The notes beneath the pieces are model-generated. The model had not been told where the DNA came from. It saw only the letters and a list, made by a program, of their open reading frames with translations, and did not search any database. Made by a program: the position numbers and the translations under genes. A stretch of 62,926 nucleotides of DNA, filler included, from Globobulimina sp. (lineage: Eukaryota): the NCBI GenBank assembly GCA_003354225.1. It is 50 parts of 50 records of this genome, joined end to end, with 100 filler letters (N's around TTAATTAATTAA, not from the genome) between each part and the next. Parts side by side here need not be neighbours in the genome. Positions count along the whole stretch, not along the records: positions 36,567 to 37,726 come from PIVH01022004.1; positions 37,827 to 38,986 come from PIVH01022005.1; positions 39,087 to 40,246 come from PIVH01022006.1; positions 40,347 to 41,506 come from PIVH01022007.1; positions 41,607 to 42,766 come from PIVH01022008.1; positions 42,867 to 44,026 come from PIVH01022009.1; positions 44,127 to 45,286 come from PIVH01022010.1; positions 45,387 to 46,546 come from PIVH01022011.1; 42 more parts are not named here. One strand, given 5' to 3'. Positions 36,567 to 49,295 of the stretch are shown here, piece by piece. Positions within the stretch are counted from its first letter, which is position 1. Each line of letters begins with the position of its first letter.

Positions 36567-37581
36567 CATCCTTCTGTTTCAGTACAAATTGTAAAACAAA
36601 TAAACTTACGATCGAAACAACGATTGCTATGAATACAAATATTGCAGACATAAACTGATAAATACTTCCGGTGTTTGGATTGATATTTATACATAATTGA
36701 GATTGGAAATATGATGTAGTAAATAAGAAAGATAACGATATGCCCGCCACCCACACTAAATATGTGATAAATAGCCACGTCAAAGAGGCAGAAAATGCTT
36801 TTAATTGTATTGCTGTTTTAAATCGAAAACAAGTGAATAGATTCAATGACCAGAATATGATGGCACCGGATAAGATGACGATGAATAATAAACACAATAT
36901 GGCCATACCTAAGATCATGCCCGTCAATATAATGCATGCTCCCATGTATAACACAGAGATTAGTAACGGATACTGTATACACAATAAAATAAAGGTCAAT
37001 ACCACCTCTGTATAAATTAAATATAAACAACACAATATAAATTTAGATTTTGTCGATGCGATTTGGAACGTTGGCAATATGGGAAAAGAGAAAAATATAT
37101 TTGAGATCATTAATAATGTAACTAATCCAATCTCGATATTGAAAAAATCTGTAAATCCTCGGTCTTCCCATGCTCCATAAAAAGATGATTTAAATGTTAA
37201 AAAGGTGGTGATTTTAGCGGCGAATAATGGCCATGAATTTAATGTAAATATAAATGTAAAAAATTTAAAAGATAACGTTTCAACCATTTTAAATATAACA
37301 TTTTGATCCACGCGTTTTTTGCCTAATTTGCGCCAGTTATTAATGGATATTCCAAACTTATCAGATTCAAACATGACTGCTAATGTCGAGCCTAAATATG
37401 GGAATCCATTTCCATATTTGGACGAGTTCCACGGTAAGGTCCATAATATTAAACTTAAATTCCATAAGTACGCAAATCCTACGATTATAAATATTTGGGG
37501 CCAGTTATGAAAGTTAATTTTTACTTGGCATTCTATGGGATTGCCAAATGATGGTAAAATAGGAGGGTTTGCAACTGACAT
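36567..37581 (-). CDS. Polytopic membrane protein of unknown function, 3' partial
   Basis: Long ORF with many hydrophobic helices. Confidence 0.65.
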
Positions 37582-37910
37582 TGTTTTTTTACTTTACATT
37601 GCTGTTAGCTCAAAAAAAAAACTTTATCATATGCGATTATGTTTTTGTTCATAATAGTAACGATCAAGACGGTGTACAGTCAAATACCCACATTGTCACC
37701 CGCATATTGTAACGATCATGGTACGTNNNNNNNNNNNNNNNNNNNNNNNNNNNNNNNNNNNNNNNNNNNNTTAATTAATTAANNNNNNNNNNNNNNNNNN
37801 NNNNNNNNNNNNNNNNNNNNNNNNNNACAATCTGAAACAAATCACAACTACAAAAAGAAAAAAATTAAAGATTTCTCGGCTTTGATTGCATCCTCAATCT
37901 CTTTTAAAAC

Positions 37911-38986
37911 TTACAACATATTCTTTAAATCCGTAACCGTAAAACCACCCAAAATAAACCCAACCAAAATCACAATAATCGCCAACAACACCGGTACTAA
38001 ATTGCGATTCCCGCCAGATCTCACACGTGATTTACTTGCTTTGTTCCCGTATTTATACCTTTTCATGCCACCATATTCCAAACAGACGCCAGGACCCATC
38101 GCCATAAAATAAATGGAGTCCTTCTGCGTCTCTCTACAAACATCGCCTAATATGAAAATAATGGCAGCCGACGCCAAATTGCCATATTCGCGTAAATTCT
38201 TGTACGAATTTCGTAGCTCTTTGTCGGCGCTCTTAACGCCATAATCACTGATAAGACTTTCGAAGTTCTTCAACAATTTCTTGCCGCCGGGATGCACCGC
38301 ATACGCACAGTCATTTGGATGCAAATCGCCTAAAACAGACTTCTGCCACGAACGAAATTTGCTCGCCAAGGTCGCGTTTAACTTGACCGGCAACTCCTTT
38401 TTGATGGAATTCTCGTAATAAAGGCCTGCTTCTTCAGACACGGCGATGGTTAAAACATGACGTGTGTCCGGGATATAATGAGCGCCCATCTCTAAATATT
38501 CAAAGGCTGGGAACGTGCAGTTGTTGCCGCGTGTGGACGGACGCCCGATCACGGCGCAACCGGCGGCGTCACCGAATAGCACCTACATGGCGGGGGATAT
38601 GCATATATGTGGCGGCAATGCGCGCGGTTTACATATTTTACATACATTGGGCATATAAATGGATTTTTCCAGTGAAATGTCATCGTTATACATTCTTCCC
38701 AACGGCGATTGAATCTGTACACAAACAAAAAACGTGCATTATATGCGTGTATATAATGTGCTATTAAGTGGCGGATTTGATATATAGAATATATGCATCA
38801 TTATGCTGGCGGTAAATCGCATTTATATGCACATAAATATAATATACCTCGGCCGCGAGAGCCAATACAACGGCATTTGGGTCTTGTTTGGCTATGGTGG
38901 AAGCCACGAACATCACAGAAGTGCCACCTTGGCATCCAACGAAATTGACCGGCACTGCTCTGGCCGAGGTTGGTAATTCCCAATTA
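37911..38986 (-). CDS. Type III polyketide synthase (chalcone synthase-like) with C-terminal TM anchor; two introns (~38717..38847 and ~38584..38646); 5' partial
   Basis: Catalytic triad motifs FVGCQGG, VHPGG, YGNLASA; also LFGDAA and MGPGVCLE. Confidence 0.88.
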
Positions 38987-40085
38987 NNNNNNNNNNNNNN
39001 NNNNNNNNNNNNNNNNNNNNNNNNNNNNNNTTAATTAATTAANNNNNNNNNNNNNNNNNNNNNNNNNNNNNNNNNNNNNNNNNNNNCAGCAGGGAAAAGA
39101 ATGAAAAACCAACGCCGCTTTCCATTCCGAAATATCCAATCATTCGCCTATTGAACATGTTTGAGAAAATAATGGCCACTATTCGTGTTAAGATGTCTGC
39201 TTAAATAAAGGCGGTGCCAGTCAAAGAAAGTTAAAATTAGTAACACTTTGAATTTATACCTACCAGATGGTTCTCGAGAGACTATTGGGACACGAATAAC
39301 AGGACGTTGATATAATCGGATTTGTGAGCAAAACGGCCTGTCTTAAGTGAAATCCAATAAGGGGGTGGACAGTGGGCATCTTTAATGAACCACTGGTGAC
39401 TCAGCCTGGAGAAAAAGCAAAAACGTCAGCTCAAAACATCGGTTAATTACTCAAACAAGAGGCAAAAATTAATGGCCTCTTATCCCCTTTTATTAATGGT
39501 TTCGATGAACGGACGGACAGATGGCGGTCCTACATTGGTTGACTTTACTTTTTGCAAATTCAAAATTTACCTCCCGCCTAGACATAAGTCAGTTCCAATT
39601 AAAACGATGAGCGCTTCCGCTATAAAAATTTATATTTATCGATACCCTAAGGCAAATTAAGGCGTATGAATATTGGCATACTGACAACATTTGAGCGGCG
39701 TCCTTGAGAATGGTTTTAGGAAAAAACTTACACAACATACTGACACTGACTCAACAGAGGACAAGACAAAGAATGAAAAGAATTATAAAACTAGTTCTGG
39801 TATAAATTTCAAATTTAAAACCTCCCACTAACGGCCCCATGACTTTAAACCAAACACATCAAAGGTTACTGAAAACTATGCTCCATCGTAGATAAAACTT
39901 GGGTAAAAAGGCGATTATACGTACGACATAGCAATAAGCTGATAAGCTCCACTAGACCTGACTTTATGTAAACAAAATCTCGATTCATACGAACCATTAA
40001 CCCACTAAATACCCAGACTAGACGTCTTTAAGCCTCTCGGAAGGCCGTGTGATATGCGCGAAAATCGTCCTTTTAAGCAAACAAT

Positions 40086-40246
40086 CATAAATCGTCGATT
40101 TGGAAACATAAGCTAACTAAGAGGAATCGTAAATCGTCGATTTGAAACATAAGCTAACAGGAATCGTAGATCGTCGTAACTCGTCGATTCGATTTGGAAA
40201 CATAAGCTAACAGGAATCGTAAATCGTCAATTTGGAAACATAAGCG
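40086..40246. repeat. Degenerate tandem repeat, ~39-bp unit, ~4 copies
   Basis: AATCGTAAATCGTCGATTTGGAAACATAAGCTAACAGG repeated. Confidence 0.85.
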
Positions 40247-40420
40247 NNNNNNNNNNNNNNNNNNNNNNNNNNNNNNNNNNNNNNNNNNNNTTAATTAATT
40301 AANNNNNNNNNNNNNNNNNNNNNNNNNNNNNNNNNNNNNNNNNNNNTTGTTCTCGCAATACCATGTTTTTCTCATTCACTCATCATTTTTATCAAGAAAA
40401 TTGTTAGTTGCTTGCTTAGA

Positions 40421-41329
40421 ATGGCAAGAGTAGGAGTTGACAGTGAATATTTAATAATTCCATATGCTTTACGCGGGCGTGATTTTGATGAAAATTTTCG
40501 TGCATTTACATTTCCGTATTTTGATATGGTAGAAACAATACCATATTATTCAACAAAAGATTCAAAATTAAATACACAATTTTGTGATTGTATGATTTAC
40601 GCAAAATGTCAATCGGTTACTGTCCATTATCCAATCACATTAAAATTATTACATAAAATGATTATTGATGGCAAATCATCATTGTATTTACGGTGTTGCA
40701 TCGGAAATATTGGGCGTACCTCTTCCTCAATGTTTGTTGACTTAATGTATGAAAATATTGTATTAGTCACATTTATTGCCGTCAACGTCCACATGGATAG
40801 AAACACAATAAAACCAACATCAAATTGTAAAAAAATGTTAGATTATAAAAATAAATTCGGAAATCAAAATAATATGCACATTATTCAAGCTTCCAAACAA
40901 TTTAGAACAAATATTGATATTTTATCAAACAAAATGAGTGATTATAATAAAAATAAAATGTTAAATCAAACTCTGTATTCTCGACAATTCGAATTGCGGC
41001 CACTTGATCGCGATTGGAACAAACATTGCAATCAAGCAGTTTATACGAAGCGTATTGAAGATGCATTGTACGATTATCATAAACAATTTAGAGATGGTTC
41101 ATATTCTGTGTCGCAGTTTGGACATTTATTTAAAAATGAAATGTTAATTAATTATGATGGAACATTAAGCTGCACCGTCAATATTTTAATGCATAATAAA
41201 ATTAACAATAACAAGCAAGAAGAAGAAATAATTGGTTGTGTCACACAAAATGAGAAAGTATGCTTGGAATATCGGGTTATTCTTACTCCGAGCAATAATT
41301 TAGAAAACTTGATGCTTGCTAAGATGTAA
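40421..41329 (+). CDS. Double-hotdog acyl-ACP/acyl-CoA thioesterase-like protein, PTS1-like AKM end
   Basis: IGNIGRTS; LRPLDRDWNKHCNQAVY resembles the D.D.N.H.NN..Y motif; ends AKM*. Confidence 0.75.
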   Translation: MARVGVDSEYLIIPYALRGRDFDENFRAFTFPYFDMVETIPYYSTKDSKLNTQFCDCMIYAKCQSVTVHYPITLKLLHKMIIDGKSSLYLRCCIGNIGRTSSSMFVDLMYENIVLVTFIAVNVHMDRNTIKPTSNCKKMLDYKNKFGNQNNMHIIQASKQFRTNIDILSNKMSDYNKNKMLNQTLYSRQFELRPLDRDWNKHCNQAVYTKRIEDALYDYHKQFRDGSYSVSQFGHLFKNEMLINYDGTLSCTVNILMHNKINNNKQEEEIIGCVTQNEKVCLEYRVILTPSNNLENLMLAKM

Positions 41330-41659
41330 TATGCTTTTTTCATTACTAAAAAATATTTATTTCCGAAGCTAGTCCGAACCTCGTGCATGATGTGCATATT
41401 TTGGTTAGCAATTTTATTCCCAATCAATGCAATCATAATTGCAAAAACTACACATGACCATCATACACCATCATTAATACACAAAAACAATGATAACAAG
41501 AATCAANNNNNNNNNNNNNNNNNNNNNNNNNNNNNNNNNNNNNNNNNNNNTTAATTAATTAANNNNNNNNNNNNNNNNNNNNNNNNNNNNNNNNNNNNNN
41601 NNNNNNTTTCCCCTGCACGAAACAAAAAAAAAAAGAAAAGTATAATAAGAATAAAAATA

Positions 41660-41732
41660 TGGAGTACCCGGGTTTCGATCCCGGTGCCTTAACGTTGCGA
41701 ACGTTACGCGCTTCCGATTGCGCCAGTACCCC
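41660..41732 (-). tRNA. tRNA-Ala(CGC)
   Basis: Full 73-nt cloverleaf with G3:U70, anticodon arm TAACG-TTCGCAA-CGTTA, T-rich terminator downstream. Confidence 0.95.
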
Positions 41733-41865
41733 CATAATATTTCATTGTTTGAATGTACCATTTATATGTGATATATAAACTTCATGTTTATTACCGTCAT
41801 GAAATTATGGGAACATTTATCAATAAAATAACTCAAAAACCACAATTTATTTTTCCTGGAAGAGA

Positions 41866-42766
41866 ATGGCAAATTCACAACTAGAAACATTTCGAAGTCT
41901 TCATGCTGTCATGGAACTATGTAACGAGCAAATGCATGACGATTTAGTCGATGGAGCGCGAGGAGTTACGTATTTTGATTTATATTATCCTTGCACTAAA
42001 ATTTAATACTTCTAACACAGAAAAAGGAGCAAGTTTTGCAAGACCATCGCAATAAACAACGCATTGATAAAATAGTGGAATGTAGCAAGAAACTGCTGCC
42101 ATTGTATGAAGATCGTGACCGATCATTTCGTGATGAATTAGAAAGAGTGAGATCGCGGAGTTATATCAATGAATTCTATTCCAAATTTACTGAAATCCGA
42201 AGAAATCACGAACAAAATGCAAACATTCCCGTAGAATCTGATCAGATCTCATTTGAAAACATTGTACAATTTTCTGGTGAAGAATGGCATGGACGTTTTG
42301 TTGATTTGCATGTGTTTTATGAGAAATATTTAAATTACAAAGCATTTAAATCATCATCAAAAGTATCATTCAAAATTGACATTCACGATCCGGTCACCAA
42401 TAAAATGAAAACCAAATCTCAAATCAGAAAAGTTGACTATAAGAGCTTTCTAACGCGAATCTTTGAATTTTGGCGAGTTGAAAATAATAAAAAAAACAAA
42501 CAATATATTCAATTTTACCAAGAATTACTGGAATATTTAGTGAATTTTTGGAAGCGAACCTTGCCAATCACTCCGACAAAGGCCATATTAAAAATGTGTG
42601 CAAACGTTTTCGAGGAAGAATGGAAAGAAAAATGCGTGGAAGGCTGGCAAAAGCCGTGGAGCCAGAAAAGCAAACAGAAATATGAGAAATCTGTTAACTT
42701 ATTAACTGATTTAAAACGAAAGCAACAGGAAAAAATTAAAAAAGAAAAGCAGGAAAAAGAAAAGAA
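41866..42766 (+). CDS. SF3A3: Splicing factor 3A subunit 3 (Prp9); intron 41965..42020; 3' partial
   Basis: LETFRSLH, LYEDRD....E, EFY, FSGEEWHGRFVDLH..YEKYLN. Confidence 0.9.
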
Positions 42767-42866
42767 NNNNNNNNNNNNNNNNNNNNNNNNNNNNNNNNNN
42801 NNNNNNNNNNTTAATTAATTAANNNNNNNNNNNNNNNNNNNNNNNNNNNNNNNNNNNNNNNNNNNN

Positions 42867-44026
42867 TGGGACTGCGACAAGCAACGAAGCAATTACAAGC
42901 AGAGGGATACGAAGAAGAAGAATTGGAAACAAAACAGGATGATAACTGGCAATGTTTTGATAGAAACTTAAAAAAACAACGATTTTGTATTGAGTCGAAA
43001 AGGAAGCAATTCCCGAGGTTTTCTACGCGGTTTGAACCGCAAACAAATAAATTTAATATTGACATGGTAATAAATAATAATAATAACAGAATTGATTTAG
43101 ATACTCTGTTTCAACATATTTCTAATGCAAAACAAAGCATTTGTAGTGATCATCATATTCATGTCAATGATTTTAAACATTATATATCTGAGCAGGAATT
43201 TGATAGTGATGCTTTAATGCAAGATTTCAATCAACAGCCAAAACTGTCAAACATCTTAAGCTCCCAATCAGTGACAAGTTGTCCAGCATTATCTCATTCG
43301 ATATATGGATATATACAACAACATATATTGCAGCACAAAGCATTTTTTAGTACTGGCTTCTCATTCTTTTATTGGCCGCATTTTGGCGATGCATCTGTAC
43401 AGCACCGAGTGCAGAATGAGCAGAATCGAAATGAGTATGGCGGCTATTCGCCATTTGAACTGTTCATCGAAACTGGAAAATATTGCGATTTAAAAGAAGA
43501 AATGTTAAGTAATAATAAAATTGATATTGATAAATATAACTCTGTTATTACGAAAACAAACGAATATATGAATACACGCATGGTCAAACAAATGAAGTTC
43601 GAAGATGATGAATTGGGTTGGGATGACATTAAATATTTTGGTATCAGCCATCACGCCGCAATCACAAAGCTGCACCTTCAGAGTTTATCATTTTACACAG
43701 ATTGCAGTGAGTTATCCACCGCATTCAGTAAAACATTCCGCAGAATCACAGTGAGTGAAACACTGCAAAGCGTAAAAGAAAGGAATAGAAGCTATTGGTG
43801 GCTGAGTAAGCTACTCATTGAAGCAGTGAATTGTTTTGGTAGTAACAACTGGGAAAACAGTGATGGTGACAGGTTAAAAGGACCATTCTTTTGCGGTATG
43901 AGTATGGTGATGGAAGTGCCTTCATTTATGATTAGATTATGTGGGCCAACATCCACCACCACACAAATTAGCACTGCTGCTAATTTTGCGGCTGGTAATG
44001 GTATCATATTGGAACTGGATAATGTT
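42867..44026 (+). CDS. ADP-ribosyltransferase-like domain protein, partial
   Basis: FYTDCSELSTAFSKTFRR, LLIEAVNCFG, FFCGMS, GPTSTT, A.NFA.GNGIILEL. Confidence 0.6.
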
Positions 44027-44126
44027 NNNNNNNNNNNNNNNNNNNNNNNNNNNNNNNNNNNNNNNNNNNNTTAATTAATTAANNNNNNNNNNNNNNNNNN
44101 NNNNNNNNNNNNNNNNNNNNNNNNNN

Positions 44127-45000
44127 TGCTCTTTCTCATTTGGCAAACCGCATATTAATATTTGTAATATTTTTTTATGATTTGCAACCACTTTATTTCG
44201 CAGCTCATCCTCTTCTAATTTCTTTGGAATCTGTGCAGTAAAAACCTGCCTTAATCGTTGCAAAATAAGAGAGAGATAAAAATCAGCCTCAAATCAATAT
44301 CCAAATTCATCAAACTGTCCGCAAACAAAACACTTGCCTTTGATACCCACGCAGTGGTTCTTGCTGCAAAATTTTCAATATATTTACATAATCGATATCT
44401 GTTTTTGTCACCTAATTTAATCCTGTTTTTTGCACTGGAATCCGGCTCCCGATTATAACTCCCATCACACTTAAAATGTTTACTGTATGTATTTGCTAAA
44501 AACAACTCAAACGATGGTATAATTTCATACAATATTCGTGAAATACTTTTAAATGTCAAGTTATTTTTACTTATCATACATCCAACGGCCGCATATAACG
44601 AGTTATAATCTACGACGCGAATATCCAATCTGCCACTCAATGTATGTGACAACTATTACTCACTAATCGTTCAGGTTCTGGCTCTGGAGGAGCTACATAT
44701 TGTGTTTCAGGTTCAGGCTTCGGTTCAGGTTCAGCTTCTGGCTCTGGCTCAATACCATCACAACATACTGGCGCATATATCAATGGACACACGGTTCCTC
44801 ATTCGCCCTCTGTACCTCCTAAATCATCCACAGTCCACACCAGAACATCGCGCATTACATTCATTACCGTGCGTCACACCGCTGGAGCATAATTGAGTGT
44901 GCAAGCACATTGATCTTCACATACACCATACAAGCAACCAGTACACGCATTTCCATATTGTCCATCCCACGCATGACCAGTGCATTTAGATTTCGGCTGG
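44127..45000 (-). pseudogene. Disrupted gene with Kazal-like motifs and a Glu/Pro stalk
   Basis: CACTLNYAP, GNECNARC, CPLIYAPVCCDG and EPEPEAEPEP occur across frames with stops. Confidence 0.5.
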
Positions 45001-45154
45001 TGAATATTCAGTCAAGCTTTTGGAAAACTGCAGAAAACTGTACGTTACCATCGACCATTTCACAGGAAGCAAAAAGTCAATTGCAATCCAAAAAACCACA
45101 TATAATTTTGGTTCAGTTTTGTATTTACAGTTTTTTGTTGGATATTAAGAGATA

Positions 45155-45286
45155 ATGGCAAGTCTACAAGAAATGATCAATAACCAAATCCAAGGTGAAA
45201 GTGATGATTTTAATTTTGAGAAATGGATCAAACAAAACCATCTCGAACAGGCCAAACAATTCTTGGTAAAACATGATATGACGGAT
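45155..45286 (+). CDS. Start of a probable SAM-domain protein
   Basis: MASLQE...FEKWIKQNHLEQAKQFLVKHDM. Confidence 0.45.
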
Positions 45287-45386
45287 NNNNNNNNNNNNNN
45301 NNNNNNNNNNNNNNNNNNNNNNNNNNNNNNTTAATTAATTAANNNNNNNNNNNNNNNNNNNNNNNNNNNNNNNNNNNNNNNNNNNN

Positions 45387-46546
45387 CTTCCAGAACTGAA
45401 CAGGGTCATGATAAATGACAAACCCATAAATAATGTAGAAAAGTTCTCCAGAATATAGCATAATGAGCCCAAATGCCTCCTGTCGCCTTAGAATAAACTG
45501 TTCTTTCACTTGAGGCATAGCATTAACATCCAAATGTTCAGTATCGTTGACTATTGACCAAAGTCCTTTTGATTTCATAGCAACAACCATGCTTTTTCGC
45601 CATTGTATCCAACGAGTGTCATAAAGGCCATTCAAACGAAATAAGGTATTAGCAGCTTCTTCTTGACTGGATGCGACCAGTTGCGGCACGGAATCGACGA
45701 CCAGTTCAGGCACAGGACTGACAACCATTTTCGGCACACAATCAACGGCCGGTTTTGGCACAAATGTCACATCCACATCTGAAGTCGCAATTCGCATTTC
45801 TGGCTCCTCTAGAGTATCTCCTCCTCGAATTCGACTGGGAACCATTTTCGACTGACCACTGACAACCAACAAAGAATCCAAAACTCCTCCTTGATGCGCA
45901 TCTTCTGAGTTTTTGACCGATTCATTGTCTGGGGAATCTGTTGAAATGTGCACTTTCAATAAACCACCACTGAATGAACTGTCCTTGGGGGATTCACTAA
46001 TGCCATCTTTCTGACATACCATATGATTGTCTACATTGAACAATGACTGACCACCACCTGGCAATAAACGTGTGGTGTCACATTGAACTGTTTGGTCGAA
46101 TGCAGTATGATTTTTCGAATTTTCACATTCATTGACTGATTTAACTGTGCCTTGACCGCACTCCTCGGGTAGGCGGCACTGACCTTTCACAGCTGATGAG
46201 GAGTTTTCGACAATTGGACATTTTTCGGGTACCAACATCTGACTATTACTGTCATGTTGACCCGACTGACCACTAACAATCAATTTAGAATCCATACCTC
46301 CTTCTTGCACTGGCTGCGAACTGACTAGTCCATTGTTTACTGAGTAAAGTACCTCCAAAAATCCATTGGAACCATATGAACTGTCCTGAGGTGATTCATA
46401 AATGTCTGTATCTTGACAAATAACTTGATTGTTCTCTTGCAACGACGGCTGACACCCACCTGGCAATAACGATGTGGTGTCACGTTGAATGCTCTGGCCA
46501 GAAACTGTATGAATGTCCGAATGTTCATAATCATTGACTGAATAAC
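45387..46546 (-). mobile_element. Ty1/copia gag-like ORF preceded by a duplicated ~130-aa segment, partial
   Basis: LNG....WIQWRKSM...MKSKGLWSIV...RRQEAFGLIML...DPVQFWK. Confidence 0.75.
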
Positions 46547-47055
46547 NNNNNNNNNNNNNNNNNNNNNNNNNNNNNNNNNNNNNNNNNNNNTTAATTAATT
46601 AANNNNNNNNNNNNNNNNNNNNNNNNNNNNNNNNNNNNNNNNNNNNAAATCAAAAAGTGAATGCTACAAAAGATGTAATTCGTATATATGATGAGGATGG
46701 CAGCTATCATTTTGGATTTAATAGGTCGTGCTTGCCAGAACGCACACCAAACGGATAAGAAACACACTCTACGGTTTGTATATTGCTTTTGCAAAAAGAC
46801 ATATATAGAAATTGAATACCCAAATAAATCACATCAATGTCATTGTATATATATTTAGTGATATGAATAAAAGTGTTGACTGAATCTGATGAATAGTCAT
46901 GGATTCATTTGGATAAACCCGAAAACACACAAAAACACCGATCTTAAGTACACAACTACCTTAACCTATTGAAAATAATTTTCGTTTACTTAAGCAACTT
47001 TTTCAAGTCTCCATCATACATACTTGCGCGCACAGTATTTGTGAGTTCTGTTTAA

Positions 47056-47806
47056 ATGCAATCGTTATCAGATTTATTAATGATGATCACAACAAGGATG
47101 ATCGCTTTTATCTTACAATCTGTTTACGGAGTCTCGATTGTAAACAACAAATCAATTTTACTGGTCATATTCTGTACGGTATCATTAACCAAATCCACAA
47201 CAGTAATAGATGGTGCTTGGATGGATGATTTTGCATTTGATAATTCATCAGGTATCAATTTTTATTTCCCGCACAAAAAACGTGTTTCTCAAAAACAACA
47301 AAATAAATACAAAGGCAGTGTTGGATTAAACGGATGGAATATATTTAACTTTGAAGCAATGAATTCGTCAATTTATTATCAACCACCAAATCCAATTGCA
47401 TTGGGTTTAAATGGTAAGAAATACCATGGCCCCTTCACCCGATTACGTAAGAGAACTAACTATTTACGCCGGCAATTTAAGTGTCATACTAATATACAAC
47501 GACCATTTAGTTCCATTTATGTTGAATATTCAATGGCGTATTGTTCGGTAGATACATCTGATTATACACGGCTTTGCAAACTGAATTCAGACATAGGGAT
47601 CGGTAGTAAAGGCAGTGATGTTTGTGATGGTGGCAGCGCAGCAGTTGACTTCATGGATTCATCAGTAACAAATACAAGCTATCCGTTAACGGATAATGTT
47701 CTTATTAACAATGTATACAATCAAACTCTATGTGAAAGTCCATGGCAATACAAAAATAGATCAGTTGAGTTAACCAACATTGGTGGATATAATAATAATG
47801 ATACAT
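47056..47806 (+). CDS. Hypothetical secreted or membrane protein, 3' partial
   Basis: Hydrophobic N-terminus, Cys residues, N-glycosylation sequons. Confidence 0.5.
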
Positions 47807-48099
47807 NNNNNNNNNNNNNNNNNNNNNNNNNNNNNNNNNNNNNNNNNNNNTTAATTAATTAANNNNNNNNNNNNNNNNNNNNNNNNNNNNNNNNNNNNNN
47901 NNNNNNTATCAAAAAATCATACATTTATCATACTTTTTTTTTTAATTTGATGAAATCTTACGACTCAAAGTAATGTATAATCTGCAAATAGCTATAAAAC
48001 AGCGCATTGTACTTTGCTCTGCGAAACAATACAACAAAATAATACATTACAAACACATATCCTGCGAACTGACCAGAAAGACGTAACAGTATTTAATAT

Positions 48100-48486
48100 A
48101 AATCCGCAGCAATCTTCTTTCTCTTTCAATGCCATTTCCCGCCGACCGAGATTGCACAGCTTGCAACAAACTCTGTTGTGTAGCTTCAATCTCATGCAAC
48201 CGGCTCAAATCAGCAATGTCTTCGCATCAGCAATACTCATTACATCTGTCAATGTACCACAAGAATACATAAAAGCAGCACAGTGATAACATACAATAGA
48301 ACCTTCCATACCTTCTGTCATTGTTTTAATATCAAACAAATCACCAAATATCGATTTTGCACCCATTTCTTCAACCACTTGACATGATTTATTTGAACGA
48401 ACAAATTGCATGAACTTAATGTTTCGACCAACATATCCACTGCCGGTTATAAATGCAATTTGTCCATTTTCTTTACAAGCTGACAT
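48100..48486 (-). pseudogene. NAD-dependent epimerase/3-beta-HSD-like N-terminus, disrupted or spliced
   Basis: AFITGSGYVG, GDL.D...M.EG...CYHCAA; early stop. Confidence 0.6.
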
Positions 48487-49295
48487 GATACAAAGTTCAC
48501 AGAAAGTTTTCAAAAGATAGTGGAGTTGGTTATCGGCAACAATATGATAACATTACTAAGCACCGTGGTCATTTTGCTGTCTATTTTCGACGCAAATTCA
48601 CAAAGTTAACACTTACTTATCTTCATATGTTAATTGTCCACAATTACAAGCATTCAATAGATGCATGTATATGGGGTCGAGCAAAAGATTACAATGATTT
48701 TATTAATGGGGAATATACCTACCAAGGCCATGTGAATGGTGCTCCGTGGTTTTCAAAGCAATCGCAATATCATCTGTGGCGTTCCTTGACACCACCATAT
48801 ACCTCTCGCTATTATATCACTCCAGTTTCGCCAACAAACGACTCATTCCTATCTTACGCAAGGTGTTTAATTCAAACTGACACGCCTTGGGAGTGCGGTT
48901 CCAATTGGAAAGTCTACAATGGAAGTTTTCATAGATACGAGGTGGATCAGGTCATTGATTTTTTCGTGATTTCCGAACTGTTGGATGGAGAAATAAGTTA
49001 CTCGATCCTGGGGGTCCTGGCCCATTCCAACGGTCAATCCAAAAACACCGACCGCGCAACCTATGGNNNNNNNNNNNNNNNNNNNNNNNNNNNNNNNNNN
49101 NNNNNNNNNNTTAATTAATTAANNNNNNNNNNNNNNNNNNNNNNNNNNNNNNNNNNNNNNNNNNNNTATTTAATCCGCGACCCATGGTTCAAATTATATG
49201 TATGTTACTAGTTAAAAATTTAAATTACAAAACATTCAGTAAAGACTAAAGAAAATACCCACACACACACTTAATATTGATATTTGAAAACAGAG

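Noticed and set aside
40086-40246. ~39-bp repeats as a possible CRISPR array
   Set aside because: Units are head-to-tail and degenerate with no unique spacers, and no cas gene is present.
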